From: Rhodoferax sp.
Lineage (GTDB): Bacteria > Pseudomonadota > Gammaproteobacteria > Burkholderiales > Burkholderiaceae_C
Direction: 5' to 3'
Assembly: GCA_035572155.1 (NCBI GenBank)
Contig: DATNBD010000007.1
Span: 1-55,126, forward strand
Length of the DNA: 55,126 nt
The notes beneath the pieces were generated by a model, which saw only the letters and a program-made list of their open reading frames with translations, was not told the DNA's origin and did no database searches. Shown piece by piece: positions 54,041-55,126 of the stretch. The position numbers and the translations under genes are program-made. Within the stretch, counting starts at the first letter, position 1. The number at the start of each line of letters is the position of its first letter.

Positions 54041-54496
54041 ATGTCACGATCCCTCTCGAAGCGCGTTTTCATGGTATTCAGTGGCCTGGCCTTGACGGGG
54101 GCGCTGACCTTGGCGCAAGCGGCGCCCGTCTCGTTCGATGTGCCGTTGACGGGTGCCCAACAGGTCCCGCCGGTGCAGACTGCAGGCAGCGGCAGCGCAG
54201 CCCTCACGTACGATCCCGGCACGCGGGTCGTCACCTGGAACATCAGCTTCAGCGGATTGTCGAGCCCGGCCACAATGGCGCATTTCCACGGGCCCGCCGC
54301 GACCGGCAAAAACGCCAATCCGAAGGTCTGGATCTCCCAGAAAGGCAGTGACCCGACGAGTCCGATGACCGGTCAGGCCACGCTATCCCCGGACGAAGCC
54401 AAGATGTTCGAAGCCGGTGACATGTACATCAACGTTCACTCCAAGGACCATCCAAGCGGCGAGATCCGCGGCCAGGTCGTGCCGCCCAAGAGCTGA
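54041..54496 (+). CDS. Secreted CHRD domain protein
   Basis: AGGAG; signal peptide; LTGAQQVPP, AHFHGP and YINVHSKDHPSGEIRGQ motifs. Confidence 0.92.
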   Translation: MSRSLSKRVFMVFSGLALTGALTLAQAAPVSFDVPLTGAQQVPPVQTAGSGSAALTYDPGTRVVTWNISFSGLSSPATMAHFHGPAATGKNANPKVWISQKGSDPTSPMTGQATLSPDEAKMFEAGDMYINVHSKDHPSGEIRGQVVPPKS

Positions 54497-54542
54497 TTCA
54501 ACCGCCCAAGCGGCGCGTTGAGGTCAGGCTCGCCGGCCAAGC

Positions 54543-55126
54543 TCAGAGATAGGCCGCGAGCAGGATTGCTACGGCAACCCCGACACCGAGCGCCAGCAGC
54601 GCCCGCAGCACCGGCGCTTGCAGCGGCGCGTCGATGGACCAGGGCAACAGCTTGTAGCCCGTGAGCATCGGGCGCAACAAATTGTGTCTCTTCGCTACCG
54701 CGTACAGAGCGATCGCGAGCACGTGCAGCGCCACCGCGGCGAGGAGCACATCCCAGACCAGCCCGTGCAGTGCCGAGATCGCATTGGCAAGCCACGCGGG
54801 CACCAATTGGCTCAACGGTCCTTCGTTGGCGATGTCGTTGTTGACGTAGAGCCCGCTCAGCGTCTCGGCCAGCAGCAACGCGAGCAGCAGCAGCACCATC
54901 CAGCCGCCGGCGGCGTTGTGGCCTACCTGCAGATCCGGCTCGCGGCGAAACAGTCCACGCAAATGACGCACCGCCGCCGCGGGCGACGCGACGAAACGGC
55001 GAAAGCGCGCGGTCTCGCTGCCAAAGCAACCCCATAGCAGCCGGAAAATGACCAACGCGAGCAGCGCCTCGCCAATCCAGACGTGCCAGTCGATCCAGTT
55101 CAGCTCCAAGGTGACGTAGGCGGCCG
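54543..55126 (-). CDS. Cytochrome b (b561 / Ni-Fe hydrogenase b-type) protein, 5' truncated by the window edge
   Basis: WHVWIG, FRLLWG..GS..ARF, GHNAAGG and LH...LHV heme histidines; frame open to 55126. Confidence 0.88.
   Translation of the reverse strand, partial: AAYVTLELNWIDWHVWIGEALLALVIFRLLWGCFGSETARFRRFVASPAAAVRHLRGLFRREPDLQVGHNAAGGWMVLLLLALLLAETLSGLYVNNDIANEGPLSQLVPAWLANAISALHGLVWDVLLAAVALHVLAIALYAVAKRHNLLRPMLTGYKLLPWSIDAPLQAPVLRALLALGVGVAVAILLAAYL

Overview
GC-rich betaproteobacterial (Comamonadaceae-like, inferred from gene content) core-metabolic region with no phage, IS, CRISPR, rRNA or tRNA seen. Order: partial acyl-CoA synthetase; MFS transporter divergent from cyoABCD-SURF1; acnA; FAD monooxygenase; kynU-kynA; maeB; a purine/urate catabolic island (M20 hydrolase, uraD-allantoate amidohydrolase fusion, puuE, GntR, uraH, xdhC, puuD); a LysR-linked aromatic cluster (TRAP, aldehyde dehydrogenase, benzoylformate decarboxylase, alpha/beta hydrolase); an ABC exporter; a MarR-OMF-EmrAB efflux operon; a liv-type ABC transporter; an AttH-like gene and its ABC permease separated by gloB-like and P450 genes; then small genes (TPMT, HugZ-like, cupin, MarR, CHRD, cytochrome b). 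The most striking unexplained signal is a fixed-spacing ~55-bp motif (GCTAY-N7-RTAGC-N20-GGGCT-N8-W-tract) present 7 times in both orientations, 5 of them inside protein-coding sequence. Also seen: a 22-codon bridging element between two ATGA overlaps, a related in-frame palindromic insertion in an ABC permease, and three collapsed gene remnants (kynB, NCS2 purine permease, cysteine-synthase-like). All family assignments come from motif recognition by eye, not database searches.
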